Shown one piece after another: positions 18,467 to 28,736 of a stretch of DNA of 64,000 nucleotides (position 1 is its first letter; the number at the start of each line of letters is the position of its first letter). Under the pieces are notes generated by a model. The model did no database searches, had not been told where the DNA came from, and saw nothing but the letters and a program-made list of their open reading frames with translations. The DNA comes from a virus. The stretch is from the IMG/VR virus record IMGVR_UViG_3300046660_000510, positions 1 through 64,000 of that record; one strand, given 5' to 3'. Both the position numbers and the translations under genes were made by a program.

Positions 18467-19126
18467 TCACTGCCGGTGCGGTGGAAGAACCGCGGTCACA
18501 CGCCGAGCCAGGACACCCGCGGCCGCCGGATCCATGCCCCGCGCGGCCTTCACCAGCTCCGGGACCAGGCGCTCCACGGACAGCACGTGCACCACCCCGC
18601 CCCCGGCCACCGGCGCGGGCAGGTACCCGCCGCGGATGCGTGAGCCGTGGATGACGAGCAGCGGCCACACCGCCACCCCCGGCATCCCCAGCACCCGATC
18701 CACGCGAGCCGCATACCGGGCCACCGCCTCTATCTGGTCGTGCCGGTCCTCGAGCCCGCAGTGCACCCGACCGTCCTTCAACTCGATGTCCTGCTGGAAG
18801 TGCCAGCGTTTCGTGTCCAGCACCACGACCGCAGTTCCGGTCGGCGGCACCAGGACGTGATCCAGGTCCGAGGAGTAGCCGGGGACCCGCCGGCCGTGAA
18901 GGACGTACCAGCCCCGGGACTCGAGGACACGCAGCTCCGCACCGGTCCGCTTCTCCGCCTCCGCCCCGCGGGCTACACGTGCGGTCAGGGCGTCCGCACG
19001 CTTAGCCGCCGGGTTCAACCCCACCCAGGCTGTGACGCGCCGCCGTACGCCCTTCCTGGCCTTCCGGCGCTCCCGCGCAGCCCACTCCAATGGAGACTGG
19101 CCCGCAGCGTTCCCAGAGCGCTTCAC
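18467..19126 (-). CDS. NERD (nuclease-related domain) protein
   Basis: RGAEAEKRT..L..GWYVLHGRRVPG..SDLDHVLV..VVVLDTKRW. Confidence 0.8.
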   Translation of the reverse strand: MKRSGNAAGQSPLEWAARERRKARKGVRRRVTAWVGLNPAAKRADALTARVARGAEAEKRTGAELRVLESRGWYVLHGRRVPGYSSDLDHVLVPPTGTAVVVLDTKRWHFQQDIELKDGRVHCGLEDRHDQIEAVARYAARVDRVLGMPGVAVWPLLVIHGSRIRGGYLPAPVAGGGVVHVLSVERLVPELVKAARGMDPAAAGVLARRVTAVLPPHRQ

Positions 19127-20256
19127 CGGTCCCCCTCCAGCCTCTTCAGGAATGCTTCCCGCGCAGCCGGGCCCTCGAAATGGTGGATAGCCCACGCCAA
19201 GGAGGTCCGGATGCCAGCGGCGATGCCTCCCTGAGTGGCCCGGCCCTCCTCCGCGCCCGGCCTCGGCGGCTGCGCAGCGCACGCGGCCATCTTCTTCAGG
19301 TCGGCCTCGAACTGGGCCTTCAGCCGCACGTACTCAGCCGGAACGGTCCCCCGCGTCGTCCCGGACTGGCCCGGTTCCGCCTCCTTCGCCCGGTCCATGG
19401 CCTCGAGCAGCCGGTCCGCGTAGTCGACGGACACGCCGTGCGGGGAGCAGAAGTCCCGCATCTCGGCCGCGAACTTGCGGGCCGCCGCCACCTCCGCCTT
19501 GAGACGGCCGATCTCCTCGCAGAGCAGATCCGTCGTCGGGCCCGTCACGTACGCCACCTTCTCGTCCGTCAGCAGACGCAGCCGCTCCCTGAGACGCCCA
19601 CTCTCCCCCTGGACGTCCTCGCCCGCCTGCCGGATCACGTCAGCCAGATCGGCGTGCGCGTAAGGGTCGTCGTCCTCCATGAACCCGGCATCGCACAGGG
19701 CCCGTCGGATGTCGTCGAGTTGGTGTTCCTTCACTCGGCGGGCCGAGTGGGCCAGGCGCAGCTTCTCCTGCAACTTCCCGACCTGCTCGGGCGCCTCGGC
19801 AACGAACTTGGCCTTCGCGGCGCGTACCAGGGCAGCCACCGCTTCCTGGCCCTCCTCGGTGAGGTCGCCTGATCCGCGAACCCGAACGGTCTCTCCGTCG
19901 ACCTCTACCGGACGACAGACGTCCTGCTCGCCGTGGTCAGCGGAGACGGGCCGGATCTCCTTCTGGTCGACGATCGCCTGCACGCGGCCCACCAGCCGCT
20001 CCGCCGCCGCCAGGCTGTACGACATTCGGCAGCCGCACGGTTCGTTCACCACCAGCCTGTTGTCGATATCCAGAGGCCCCGACAGGGGGCCGATCATCTG
20101 CTCCCGCACGTTCGCTGCGCACAGAGCACACGGCGGGACCGGGTAGACCAGGAGCTTGTGGCCGCGGCGCCGCTTCCGGTTCCGGTACTCGCTGGCCACC
20201 ATCAGGGTCAGCAACTGTTCGTCGGTGAGTTCGGGGGTCTCGGTTCGGTCGCTCAT
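19123..20256 (-). CDS. mosaic hypothetical phage protein
   Basis: long ORF with GGAG RBS. Confidence 0.65.
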   Translation of the reverse strand: MSDRTETPELTDEQLLTLMVASEYRNRKRRRGHKLLVYPVPPCALCAANVREQMIGPLSGPLDIDNRLVVNEPCGCRMSYSLAAAERLVGRVQAIVDQKEIRPVSADHGEQDVCRPVEVDGETVRVRGSGDLTEEGQEAVAALVRAAKAKFVAEAPEQVGKLQEKLRLAHSARRVKEHQLDDIRRALCDAGFMEDDDPYAHADLADVIRQAGEDVQGESGRLRERLRLLTDEKVAYVTGPTTDLLCEEIGRLKAEVAAARKFAAEMRDFCSPHGVSVDYADRLLEAMDRAKEAEPGQSGTTRGTVPAEYVRLKAQFEADLKKMAACAAQPPRPGAEEGRATQGGIAAGIRTSLAWAIHHFEGPAAREAFLKRLEGDR

Positions 20257-20459
20257 GCCACTCCTTCAAGGGCGGTGGGGTTCCAGGTGTCGGGTCCGGG
20301 GATGGTGCGGACACGGCGGCCGCGGTGCCGAGTCGGCCAGAGCCGACCCAGAGGCCTGCCCGAGCGAGGGCAAGGCGGATTGCCGTGCCGGGACAGCCAG
20401 CCACTGGCGGACAGCGCAGTCGGCTTCTGGCAATCCGGGCACGGAATACGGATCGTCAT
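20253..20459 (-). CDS. small Zn-finger-like protein
   Basis: CPDC..H...C; coupled. Confidence 0.45.
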   Translation of the reverse strand: MTIRIPCPDCQKPTALSASGWLSRHGNPPCPRSGRPLGRLWPTRHRGRRVRTIPGPDTWNPTALEGVA

Positions 20460-20547
20460 CGGGTGCCCCCCGTCCGGTAGAACCCGCCCGAGATGGTCAG
20501 GGCGACGGGCCGTTTGCAGATCGTGCACACGGCCTTGACGCGGGCCG

Positions 20548-20781
20548 TCATCGTGCTGCCGCCCTTCCGTGGCGGGGAACGGTGCGCCTGGACTGGGCCC
20601 GGGCGGTGAAGGCGTGCTCGAGGAGCGTCGCCACGCCCATCACGGCGGCCGCGGCGAGTGGGTTGACCCACAGCGGGGGCCGGTACGTGCCGGTGACGGC
20701 TATCCAGGCGCCAGCGAACAGCCCGGCGAGGGCGACGATGACGCCGATCTGATCGAAGAGGGTGCGGAGACGTGGAGGCAT
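20548..20781 (-). CDS. small two-TM membrane protein
   Basis: two hydrophobic segments; GGGAGGG RBS. Confidence 0.55.
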   Translation of the reverse strand: MPPRLRTLFDQIGVIVALAGLFAGAWIAVTGTYRPPLWVNPLAAAAVMGVATLLEHAFTARAQSRRTVPRHGRAAAR

Positions 20782-20878
20782 CAGCCCTCCCAAGACGATG
20801 TGACGGTGGGTAGTTGCCCGCCTGGGGGCAGAGGAGACTTTCAACGGGATTTCGTCACGCTGCGTTGACTGAATTGGG

Positions 20879-21325
20879 CTACGGATGCCGTTCCGACAGG
20901 GCAGCCAGCACAGAAAGGCCCGCCTGGCGTTTCGCCGGAATGTGAATCCACCGAGTGGCCAGCTCTGTCACCCGATGCACGGAGTCCTCGGCGCGAGCGT
21001 CAACCGGCTGGGCAGTCCGAACGTCAGCCGGCCCGACAGGCCCCGCGCCTTGCGCGGTAGCCCTCCGCTTCCACTTCCACGCCAGATGGCGAGCGTTCAT
21101 ATACTTCCTGCGCAGCTCCGTGTCGTCCACCTCGTCCGAACGGACCTTGGCAAGCTGCAGGATCCCGTCGCGCAGCCGGCGCCCCTCGATGTAGTCCAGG
21201 CCGCCCTTACGTTCAGCACGGGCAACGAGGATGAGCAGCTGCTCAAGGGTCGGCGGGTTTTGGTGCCTGGACGGGACGGGCCCGCCACCGTGAGGCGACG
21301 GGCCCACCTGCACCGGGGCGGTCAT
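20879..21325 (-). CDS. hypothetical protein
   Basis: ATGA overlap with the DUF1643 gene. Confidence 0.6.
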   Translation of the reverse strand: MTAPVQVGPSPHGGGPVPSRHQNPPTLEQLLILVARAERKGGLDYIEGRRLRDGILQLAKVRSDEVDDTELRRKYMNARHLAWKWKRRATAQGAGPVGPADVRTAQPVDARAEDSVHRVTELATRWIHIPAKRQAGLSVLAALSERHP

Positions 21326-21888
21326 GATGCGGCTCCGTACGGCTCGAGGACGGCCGCACCGGGCAGGTACAGCGGATGCCGCGGCTGGCCCGTCGACGTC
21401 TGCCCGAGGCACTGCAGGCGGACGCCGCGCGCCCGCAGGGTCTCCGCCACGTGGGTGCCACGTCCGTTGTGCTCGACACCGGCCGCACCCCACGCCGCGA
21501 CCACTGTGCTCGCGCCCCCGGTGGCGCGCCGTATGAACGCGTCGTTCAACGGGCCGACCGGGTCCGGGTGGTGACGCAGCGCCCGCGGGTCGGTGGAGCA
21601 CAGGCCGAACAGGTTCACCACCACCAGGCCCCCGGCACCCTCGCGGCGTGCGAAGGACGTGCACCGGCGGATCGTCGGGTCGTCGTCCATGGCGTCCGCT
21701 GTGCTCGGGTTGAGCATGACGAATACGGCCGGCTTCACCGTCGGGTCCCAGATCCGCGTCAGCAGCAACCGGTAGGTGCGGGCCGGGCTGTCGAACACGG
21801 CGGCCGCGATACCCCCGGCCAGGTCCTGCTTCTGCTCCACGTGCACGGACAACTCGGTATCCGACGGCAGCAAGGTCAGAACGCTCAC
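21322..21888 (-). CDS. DUF1643 family protein
   Basis: YRLLLTRIWD..FVMLNPSTAD...DDPTIRRC..VNLF..VVAAWG..PRHPLY. Confidence 0.85.
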   Translation of the reverse strand: MSVLTLLPSDTELSVHVEQKQDLAGGIAAAVFDSPARTYRLLLTRIWDPTVKPAVFVMLNPSTADAMDDDPTIRRCTSFARREGAGGLVVVNLFGLCSTDPRALRHHPDPVGPLNDAFIRRATGGASTVVAAWGAAGVEHNGRGTHVAETLRARGVRLQCLGQTSTGQPRHPLYLPGAAVLEPYGAAS

Positions 21889-22469
21889 TCGCCACCGTCC
21901 AGGCGCGGCTCCACACGGGCACGGCCACGGTTGTAGTGCGGCACCGGGTCCTTGCCCGGCATGAACCCGTACGAGTCGCCGTCCAGCTCCTCACCGTCCG
22001 AGAGACGCCGGTACGCGGTGTCCGGGCCGTGCCCCATGTCGTCGTCCCCGGTGACCTCGATGCAGGCCGCGTACAGCTCCGACTCGGTCATGTCCCGAAG
22101 CAGGTTCTCCTTGCCCGCGGTGACGTCGTACACGTCGGCCTGCGGGACGTGCGCGAACGCCTCCTCCAGCGTCTTCAACAGCGCCACGAACTTCGCCTGC
22201 CACTCCTGCGGCATCGACTGCAGCAGAGTGCGCGGGAGGACCAGGTAGTTGGCGTACGACAAGCCGAAGTGCTTGTGGATCGCATCGTGCTCGATCTGGC
22301 CGACCGAGGAACGGTAGGAGGCGGCAAGGCGTTCGATCGCGTCGAGGTGCTCCAACGCCTCGGTCGTGCTGCCAGCCTTGGCGTTCGCGTAGGCGTACCC
22401 GCCCTGCTGCTGGAGGCCAGCGAGCCAGAGGTGCGGCTTGTCGGCGGTGGTTTCGGGTGTGGCGGTCAT
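21885..22469 (-). CDS. hypothetical phage protein
   Basis: IHKHFGLSYANYLVLPRTLLQSMPQEWQ...DPVPHYNRGR. Confidence 0.7.
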   Translation of the reverse strand: MTATPETTADKPHLWLAGLQQQGGYAYANAKAGSTTEALEHLDAIERLAASYRSSVGQIEHDAIHKHFGLSYANYLVLPRTLLQSMPQEWQAKFVALLKTLEEAFAHVPQADVYDVTAGKENLLRDMTESELYAACIEVTGDDDMGHGPDTAYRRLSDGEELDGDSYGFMPGKDPVPHYNRGRARVEPRLDGGE

Positions 22470-22483
22470 GCGGTGGTGCCTCC

Positions 22484-23044
22484 TTAGGCGGGCAGGTAGT
22501 GGATGCGGATGGCCTGGTCGTCGCCCTCGGCGGCGTCCCAGCGGACGGTCCACGGCGATTCGGCGTCCTCGGGCTCCCACTCGAAGACCGCCCAATAGGG
22601 CTGCAGGTCCTTGGCGTTGATCCAGGCCAGGTCCACGCCGACTTCCGTGGCGTACGCCTGCGCGGCCGCGTACGCCTTGGCGCGGTCATCGGTGACGAAG
22701 ACCCAGTCCTCGCCGTCCTCGCCGATCGCGGCGAAGAGGACGCCCTCCTTCTCGTAGAGGCCGTTCGTGTCGCTGCGCTCGGGCGTGAAGCGGCCCATCG
22801 GCAGGTCCGGCACCGGGACGACCTCGTCCAGGTAGGTCAGGCCCTCGTAGTCGACGGGCGGGGTGAGGGTGGAACGTGTGCCGTCGAGCCGCACCCGGGC
22901 CAGGAGCTTTCCGTTCACGGCAGTCTCAGTACCGGTGATGATCCCGGGGGTGTAGAGGGTCTCGGAGTCGGCGTGCAGGCTGCGGTAGTAGGCGAACTCG
23001 ACACGGCGGCCGACGACCGCCTTCTCCGTCAGGGTGCTCGTCAT
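22484..23044 (-). CDS. hypothetical protein
   Basis: coupled ORF. Confidence 0.65.
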   Translation of the reverse strand: MTSTLTEKAVVGRRVEFAYYRSLHADSETLYTPGIITGTETAVNGKLLARVRLDGTRSTLTPPVDYEGLTYLDEVVPVPDLPMGRFTPERSDTNGLYEKEGVLFAAIGEDGEDWVFVTDDRAKAYAAAQAYATEVGVDLAWINAKDLQPYWAVFEWEPEDAESPWTVRWDAAEGDDQAIRIHYLPA

Positions 23045-23334
23045 CAGTCGTCGTCCTCGCTGTCGTCGTCTTCCTCGGCCTTGGCGAGCGCCTGGGCGCA
23101 CTGGGATTCGTCGTCACCCAGGAAGTCGATGTCGCATCCGGTCCCGCAGTCGGGGCAGCCGTAGCCGTTGCAGCCGGGGGCCTCGCAGCCGGAGTCGTAG
23201 GCGTCCTGGCCGCACCCGTGACAGCCACGCTCGTCGGGGGTGTCCAGCAGGCGAGGGCGGTCTGGATCGAGGATCTCGATGTGGGTGATGGTGCCCGCGG
23301 TCAGCTCGATCGGATTGATCGGGATCAGGGTCAT
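23044..23334 (-). CDS. Cys-rich acidic small protein
   Basis: AAGGAG RBS; multiple CxxC. Confidence 0.6.
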   Translation of the reverse strand: MTLIPINPIELTAGTITHIEILDPDRPRLLDTPDERGCHGCGQDAYDSGCEAPGCNGYGCPDCGTGCDIDFLGDDESQCAQALAKAEEDDDSEDDD

Positions 23335-23428
23335 GACGTGGTGTTCTCCTTGGTGAGGGTGCGGTGCAGGTGGTGGAGGGTGCGGGGTGTGAGCTGCCAG
23401 ACGGCCAGCGGCCACCGGAGGAACGCGC

Positions 23429-23824
23429 TCACCACGGCGGCTCGTCGCCTCCCCAGCCGCCGCCGACGGCCGTACGGTTGCGGCGAATCCGGAGCGGCAT
23501 TCCCCAGCGCTGCTGGTCCAAGCGGGCCTGGATACGGAGCCAGCGGTGGCAGACGTCGGTCTTGCAGTCCGCGCAGTACGGGTCAGCGCTCTCACCGGTG
23601 TGATCGGCGGCCCAGGCGGTGGTGGCGTGGTACTTCACGGGCTCCACGGCCAGACGGGCGGCGCGGCGCCGCAGCATCCGGTTCAGGATGGTTGCCTGAT
23701 CCGGCTTCTCCCAGGTGTGCGTGTCGCTGAGAGCAGGCGCCCAGCGGCGGCCGTGGCTGTCCTGCTCGGTTCCACACCAGAGGCAGCCATACGGCGCGTC
23801 GAAGGTCAGGCGCTTGACGGTCAC
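23429..23824 (-). CDS. hypothetical protein with Cys motifs
   Basis: CLWC..H; CADCKTDVC. Confidence 0.6.
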   Translation of the reverse strand: MTVKRLTFDAPYGCLWCGTEQDSHGRRWAPALSDTHTWEKPDQATILNRMLRRRAARLAVEPVKYHATTAWAADHTGESADPYCADCKTDVCHRWLRIQARLDQQRWGMPLRIRRNRTAVGGGWGGDEPPW

Positions 23825-23986
23825 GGGTGGTGCCTTCCGATCGTGGATAAGGGAAGGGCCGCCCGCCGGCTGGCAGTGCGTGGCGGGCGGCCCGGACAAG
23901 GTGGGGGGATGGGGTCCTGCCCCGGTGTTGGGGGCGGGGCAGGACCCCTGGTGGCCTCCGAGGGGGGCGGAGGCCGGGAAGGTGGC

Positions 23987-24226
23987 TCAGGAGGCCAGCG
24001 CGACCTGGCGGGGGGCGTCAGCGAGGACGGTGACGGTCTGCGCCTGGCCCATCGGCGCGAGCTGCGCACTGGTGGCCAGGTGCACGCGGGAACCGGTGCT
24101 GCACTGGAAGTGGATGACTCCGTTGGCCGCGACGCCGAGGACGGTGCCGGTCTTGAGGAAGACCGTGCGACGGCCAGCGGTGCGGTGGACTCGGATGCGG
24201 GTGCCCGCGGTGAGGTTGGTGGTCAT
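23987..24226 (-). CDS. small hypothetical protein
   Basis: GAGGAA RBS. Confidence 0.6.
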   Translation of the reverse strand: MTTNLTAGTRIRVHRTAGRRTVFLKTGTVLGVAANGVIHFQCSTGSRVHLATSAQLAPMGQAQTVTVLADAPRQVALAS

Positions 24227-24239
24227 GGGGCGTTCCTCT

Positions 24240-24353
24240 CTACTGGCCGTAGTGGTCGGACGGGTCGTCGGGTGCGCCGTCCAGGGAGGCGCAGCCGTCG
24301 TAGTGGATGCCGGCCGCTACGTCTTCCGGGTGGGCGCCGCAGTCGCAGTGCAT
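24240..24353 (-). CDS. 37-aa Cys/His peptide (not in ORF track)
   Basis: MHCDCGAHPEDVAAGIHYDGCASLDGAPDDPSDHYGQ; GGGGGA RBS; first ORF after promoter copy 3. Confidence 0.5.
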   Translation of the reverse strand: MHCDCGAHPEDVAAGIHYDGCASLDGAPDDPSDHYGQ

Positions 24354-24389
24354 GAAGTCCCCCGGGGTGGTGGTTGGTGCGGTGTGTCC

Positions 24390-24427
24390 ACTCTAGGGCA
24401 TCTTCTATTACGCGCGCAATACAAGAG
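24390..24427 (-). promoter_or_regulatory. conserved operator-promoter copy 3
   Basis: minus strand CTCTTGTATTGCGCGCGTAATAGAAGATGCCCTAGAGT; TTGCGC-N18-TAGAGT. Confidence 0.75.
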
Positions 24428-24490
24428 GCGGTGGAATCACGACACAGGGGCCCGACCCGAAGGCCAGACCCCTACGCCGAACACCCGCCC

Positions 24491-25003
24491 CTAGAACGGC
24501 GGAGCGTCGTCCCAGCCGCCACCCGCGGCCTGCCCCGCCTGCTGCGCCGCCGCACCCCACGGATCACCCGACCCCGCAGACTGCTGCTGACGCGCCTGCG
24601 CGTACTCCTGCCGACCCGAACCCCCACCGCTCGAGCTAGCCTTCGTCACCTTCGCCGTCGCCATCTTCAGCGACGGGCCGATTTCGTCGACCTCCATCTC
24701 AAAGACGGTCCTCTTCACCCCCTCCCGGTCTTCATAGGACCGCTGCTTCAGCCGGCCCTGCAGGATCACCCTCATGCCCTTCTGAAGGGTCTCGGCACAG
24801 TGCTCTGCCTGCTGCCGCCACACCTGGCAGCTCAGGAACAGGCTGCCGTCCTTGTCGTCCTCCCACGCGTTCGTCTCGCGGTTGAACTTCCGTGGCGTCG
24901 ACGCGACACGGAACTTGGCAACCGCGGCCCCGCTCGGAGTGAATCTGAGTTCCACCTCATCGACCAGGTTCCCGATGAGGGTCATGACGTTCTCTCCGGC
25001 CAT
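24491..25003 (-). CDS. ssb: single-stranded DNA-binding protein
   Basis: [34 protein letters not shown]..; C-terminal DDAPPF. Confidence 0.95.
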   Translation of the reverse strand: MAGENVMTLIGNLVDEVELRFTPSGAAVAKFRVASTPRKFNRETNAWEDDKDGSLFLSCQVWRQQAEHCAETLQKGMRVILQGRLKQRSYEDREGVKRTVFEMEVDEIGPSLKMATAKVTKASSSGGGSGRQEYAQARQQQSAGSGDPWGAAAQQAGQAAGGGWDDAPPF

Positions 25004-25004
25004 G

Positions 25005-25928
25005 TCAGGCCACCTCTTCCATCTCGTTCTGGTTCAGGTTTCGTTCACGCGGTACGTACACGCGTCGCCACACACGCCGGCCGTCGGCCTTCGCCTTCTC
25101 CTTGATGCGCTCCCACTGCCGTTCCGCAGCGTCCGGGGTCATGTCGAGCTTCGCCGCGATCTCATCCATGGTGTCGTTGGTCCACTCGAACAGGTGCTGC
25201 AGGACTTCCCGTCGGTCGATACGGCCGAGGATCACCGACTCGCCCATCAGCCAGCGGGACGCGATGTTCTCGCCCTCCGTCGTGACCGGCTCCAGGGCGT
25301 CCGTGAGCGGTACCGTCTTCGGGTCGTCGATCGTTTCGTCGTCCCACGCCAGCGGACCGTGGAGGCCAGCGGACGCCGCCTGCTTTCGTGTTCGGTTTGC
25401 AAGCTGACCTTGTACACCGTGGTCCTCCGGCTTCTGCGACCACAGCCGGTCGTACAGGGACGCCACCTTCCGCGCGAATCGTGCAGATACGCGCTGGCCA
25501 CGGAGACAGGTGTTGAAGTTGTCCTTGCCCATTCCGATCTCACGGGCCAGGCGGGCCCCCGACCAGCCCAGTACAGCCAGTGCTTCCGTCCGACGCCGCG
25601 TGCCAGTCGCGTCGATCAACGCCGTGTCCGGGAAGTCATCCAGGGTCGGCCAGTAAGCCAGGACAGCTTCCGCGGTCTCCCGTAGAACCGTCCGCCCAGG
25701 GGGCCTGCCGTTGGCGCCGCGCATTACGTTCTTCAGAGCAGACTGAGGGAGGTTCAGGCGACTGATCACGGCGGCCTCCGACATACCGGCCTCACGCAAG
25801 GCCAACACGTGCGCGCGGACCGGTGCTGCGTCCACATCCGGAGACTGCCACTGGCCAATCGCCTGCAACCGGCGTCGCCGTTTCTGCATGTGCTGGCGTG
25901 CAGCGCGCTGCGAGACCGAGGCGCTCAT
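25005..25928 (-). CDS. hypothetical phage HTH protein
   Basis: [14 protein letters not shown]..; [17 protein letters not shown]; [12 protein letters not shown]. Confidence 0.7.
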   Translation of the reverse strand: MSASVSQRAARQHMQKRRRRLQAIGQWQSPDVDAAPVRAHVLALREAGMSEAAVISRLNLPQSALKNVMRGANGRPPGRTVLRETAEAVLAYWPTLDDFPDTALIDATGTRRRTEALAVLGWSGARLAREIGMGKDNFNTCLRGQRVSARFARKVASLYDRLWSQKPEDHGVQGQLANRTRKQAASAGLHGPLAWDDETIDDPKTVPLTDALEPVTTEGENIASRWLMGESVILGRIDRREVLQHLFEWTNDTMDEIAAKLDMTPDAAERQWERIKEKAKADGRRVWRRVYVPRERNLNQNEMEEVA

Positions 25929-26386
25929 ACCGTCACCCCCTGGACGGCAGCGGCCTGCTCCCGCTCCGCGTTGAACAGGCTGACCGCCTTCGACATCGCG
26001 GTCTTGTTCACGCCCAGCTGTCGTGCAATCTCGTTCTGGCTGACCCCGCGGGCGAGCTGCTTCTCAATCCACGCCCGCTGGCTGAGGCACCTGTCCAGGT
26101 ACGTTGGCCGCGACCGGTGCATCTCCTTCCGCTGGCGTGCCGACTTGCCGCCCCACACCCCTGCCGTCTGTCCGGTCTTCAGGGCCCACTCCAGGCAGGC
26201 CTCCCGCACCGGGCAGCCGCCACAGACCTTCTTGGCTTCCTGGGTCTGCTTACGCCAGCCGGGCGTGTTGGCGATCGGGAAGTGCAGGTCACGGTCGCCG
26301 TACTGGCAGGCGGCGTTGGCGCGCCAGTTCTTGTCGGACGCGGCGGGTGTCGTAAGGCGGCGCGTCTCGGTCGCGGTGACGGTCAT
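25925..26386 (-). CDS. WhiB-family regulator with C-terminal HTH
   Basis: WRANAAC..AKKVCGGCPVREACLEWAL..GVWGG. Confidence 0.9.
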   Translation of the reverse strand: MTVTATETRRLTTPAASDKNWRANAACQYGDRDLHFPIANTPGWRKQTQEAKKVCGGCPVREACLEWALKTGQTAGVWGGKSARQRKEMHRSRPTYLDRCLSQRAWIEKQLARGVSQNEIARQLGVNKTAMSKAVSLFNAEREQAAAVQGVTV

Positions 26387-26889
26387 GCGGTGGCTCCGGG
26401 AAGGGTGTAGAGGCGGATGATGGCGCCCGGCTCGGGCAGGGCTTCGGGGTGCTCGAGGGGGAAGGCCTTCGTGGCGGTGACGCGGATGATGCGGGAGTCA
26501 TCGGCTACGGCCTGGGCGTCTGCGATGCCGTCGAATGTCGACCTGAGGAGCTTGTCGAGGTCGCCGCTGTCGCGGGTGTTGGGCCAGGTGCGGCGCCGCT
26601 TGGGTGCGCTGGCGGGCTTCCTGACGGTGAACACGATCTCGGCCTCGAGTGGCCCGTCCAGGGGCTTGGCGATGTGGGTGGCGGTCATGGCCAGGCGGCT
26701 GGCCTGAGTGACGAGGGCTCGCCAGGGCTTGACTCGCTTGGACTGCTCCACGAGGACGGCGGAGACGCGGCCGGATGCGGAGTTGAGGCGGTGCCCGGCG
26801 TACTTCTTGCTGCCCTGCGGTGCTGGCCGGCCGTGGACGACGATGGTGAGGCGGAGTTGTCGTTCGGTGTCGGGGGCGGTGATGGTCAC
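26383..26889 (-). CDS. rusA: RusA-family Holliday junction resolvase
   Basis: VHGRPAPQGSK..KPWR..GDLDKLLRSTFDGI..DDSRII. Confidence 0.85.
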   Translation of the reverse strand: MTITAPDTERQLRLTIVVHGRPAPQGSKKYAGHRLNSASGRVSAVLVEQSKRVKPWRALVTQASRLAMTATHIAKPLDGPLEAEIVFTVRKPASAPKRRRTWPNTRDSGDLDKLLRSTFDGIADAQAVADDSRIIRVTATKAFPLEHPEALPEPGAIIRLYTLPGATA

Positions 26890-26906
26890 GGTGGGTGGTC
26901 TCCTGG

Positions 26907-27401
26907 TCAGGCGGCGCGGGATAGGGCGGCTTGGGTGCGGAGTTGCTGGCATTCGGTGAGGCAGAGGTCGATCTGGTTGCGGTAGAACTCGGCTTTCGCT
27001 CTCCACGTCTGCATCTGGGGGGTGTCGGGGTTGGTGGCGAGTTGGCGGGTGACGTCGGTCCGCAGGTCTTTGAGGGCCCACCGCCAGCGGGTGAGGTTGT
27101 CGGGGTGGCGGAGGGCGAGCCGGTCGGGAAGGTCTGCGGTGCGTTTCACGTCGGCGTCGACCAGGTTGGTGAAGTCGCGCATGGTGAGGGTGCGGAGGCG
27201 TGCGACGGCGTCTGCGGGTGCGGTCTCGTAGGCGGGGAGGGTTCCTGCGTCGTTACGGGTGAGGTGCCACAGGCCGCAGATGCAGAGGTAGGTGTAGAGG
27301 GCTGTTCCGTAGCGGAAGCCGTCTTGGGTGCGCTGGATTTCGGCGTCGTCTTCGGTGGCGTGCTTCTTCTTGTGTGGGGTGGGGCAGGGCCGCGTGATCA
27401 C
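26907..27401 (-). CDS. hypothetical protein
   Basis: CPTPHKKKH..YLCICGLWHLT. Confidence 0.65.
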   Translation of the reverse strand: MITRPCPTPHKKKHATEDDAEIQRTQDGFRYGTALYTYLCICGLWHLTRNDAGTLPAYETAPADAVARLRTLTMRDFTNLVDADVKRTADLPDRLALRHPDNLTRWRWALKDLRTDVTRQLATNPDTPQMQTWRAKAEFYRNQIDLCLTECQQLRTQAALSRAA

Positions 27402-28405
27402 TAGGGCACCGCCGGGAAGGCGTCGTGGGTGCGGCCGTCCAGGACACGTCCGGCGTTCTTCTTGCCGACGCGGGCGAGCTCGACGCGGTGGCCGAGGTCG
27501 TCGACGGGGTCGCCGGCGAGGAGCGTTCCCTTGCTGGTGGCGCCGATGACGAGGTAGCCCGTGGGGGCGTACTCGCCGAACTGCTTGAAGAAGAACGGGA
27601 TGTGGTCTTGCTTGCACTGGTCGCGGAGGCTGGTGGCCCACTGGGGGGCCATCGGCCTGGCGCTTCGGCCGGACTCGCCGCCGACGATGACCCAGTCGAG
27701 CTTGCGGATGTGGCCCGAATCGCAGTGGCTGTCGGCGCACCTGGCGCACGCCTCGCCGTGTCCTTCGCCTTCGCAGCAGGGGCAGGTCTGCCAGACGTGG
27801 TCGCTGATCCAGACGGGGCCGAGGAGCGGCTCGCAGGACAGGAAGCGGACGGCCGCGGGGGTGTCGACGAGTGCCGGGATGCGGAGGTCGGCGCGCTTCT
27901 GGTCCTCGACACTCACGCCCAGCCAGACGTTCGGCAGCGGCCAGCCCGCCTTGGGTAGCGGCCAGGAGCGTCGGATCAGCTTCGGGTCAGCGAACGGCGG
28001 GAAGTGCAGCAGCTCGTAGTCGACCTGCTTCTCGAACTCCGGGTTGCCGAGCAGGGCCCGCATGCGGCCGTGCCGCTTGGTGAGGATCTGGTAGGTGTGC
28101 TGCGGCGTCAGTGCCATGACGGCGAACGTGCGGGCGATGAACTCGTCGGGGATGTCCTTGTGGAACAGGTCGCTCATAGAGTTCACAAAGACGCGCTTCT
28201 TCTTGCGCCACTTCAGCGGGAGCGTCAAACGCTCCGGGCGGAGGGTGACGTCGAAGCCGGTCTCGAAGTGGTGCCCGGGGATCCCGCGCCAGCGCTCGGC
28301 GAACGTCCGGGCATAACACGAGTCGCACCCCGGCGATACCTCGTCGCAGCCGGTCACGACGTTCCATGTGGCGTCTGTCCACTCGATCTTTGAGCTGTCA
28401 GCCAT
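27401..28405 (-). CDS. DUF5131 (phage Gp37/Gp68) family protein
   Basis: SKIEWTDATWN..GCDEVSPGCDSCYA..FVNSMSDLFH..LTKR..SCEPLLGP..WVIVGGESG..FFFKQFG. Confidence 0.9.
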   Translation of the reverse strand: MADSSKIEWTDATWNVVTGCDEVSPGCDSCYARTFAERWRGIPGHHFETGFDVTLRPERLTLPLKWRKKKRVFVNSMSDLFHKDIPDEFIARTFAVMALTPQHTYQILTKRHGRMRALLGNPEFEKQVDYELLHFPPFADPKLIRRSWPLPKAGWPLPNVWLGVSVEDQKRADLRIPALVDTPAAVRFLSCEPLLGPVWISDHVWQTCPCCEGEGHGEACARCADSHCDSGHIRKLDWVIVGGESGRSARPMAPQWATSLRDQCKQDHIPFFFKQFGEYAPTGYLVIGATSKGTLLAGDPVDDLGHRVELARVGKKNAGRVLDGRTHDAFPAVP

Positions 28406-28736
28406 GGTCTGCTGCTTCCTCGATGGGGGCGTTGGCGGGCTTTTCGGTGCTGGAGTCGGTGAGCTCGGCGGCGAGCTTGTGGATGTAGGCGGTCTCGGCT
28501 TCCATCTCGGCTGCGGCGAGGGCGGCCGTGTAGCCGGGCGTCGTCTCGGGCCGGTCTGCCTCCTGGGGCGTGTAGCTCTGTACGCCAGCCGCGGTGAGGA
28601 CGGCTTCGACGACGTGCTGGAGGATTTCCTCCGGGTCGCCCTGGAGGACGATCGCCATGGCGGCGGCCGGGCAGAGCTGGTTGAGGGCGCCGGCTGCCAC
28701 GTCGGTGAGGCGGGTGGCCTGGTCGGTGTCGGTCAC
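28398..28736 (-). CDS. hypothetical protein
   Basis: coupled ORF. Confidence 0.6.
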   Translation of the reverse strand: MTDTDQATRLTDVAAGALNQLCPAAAMAIVLQGDPEEILQHVVEAVLTAAGVQSYTPQEADRPETTPGYTAALAAAEMEAETAYIHKLAAELTDSSTEKPANAPIEEAADHG

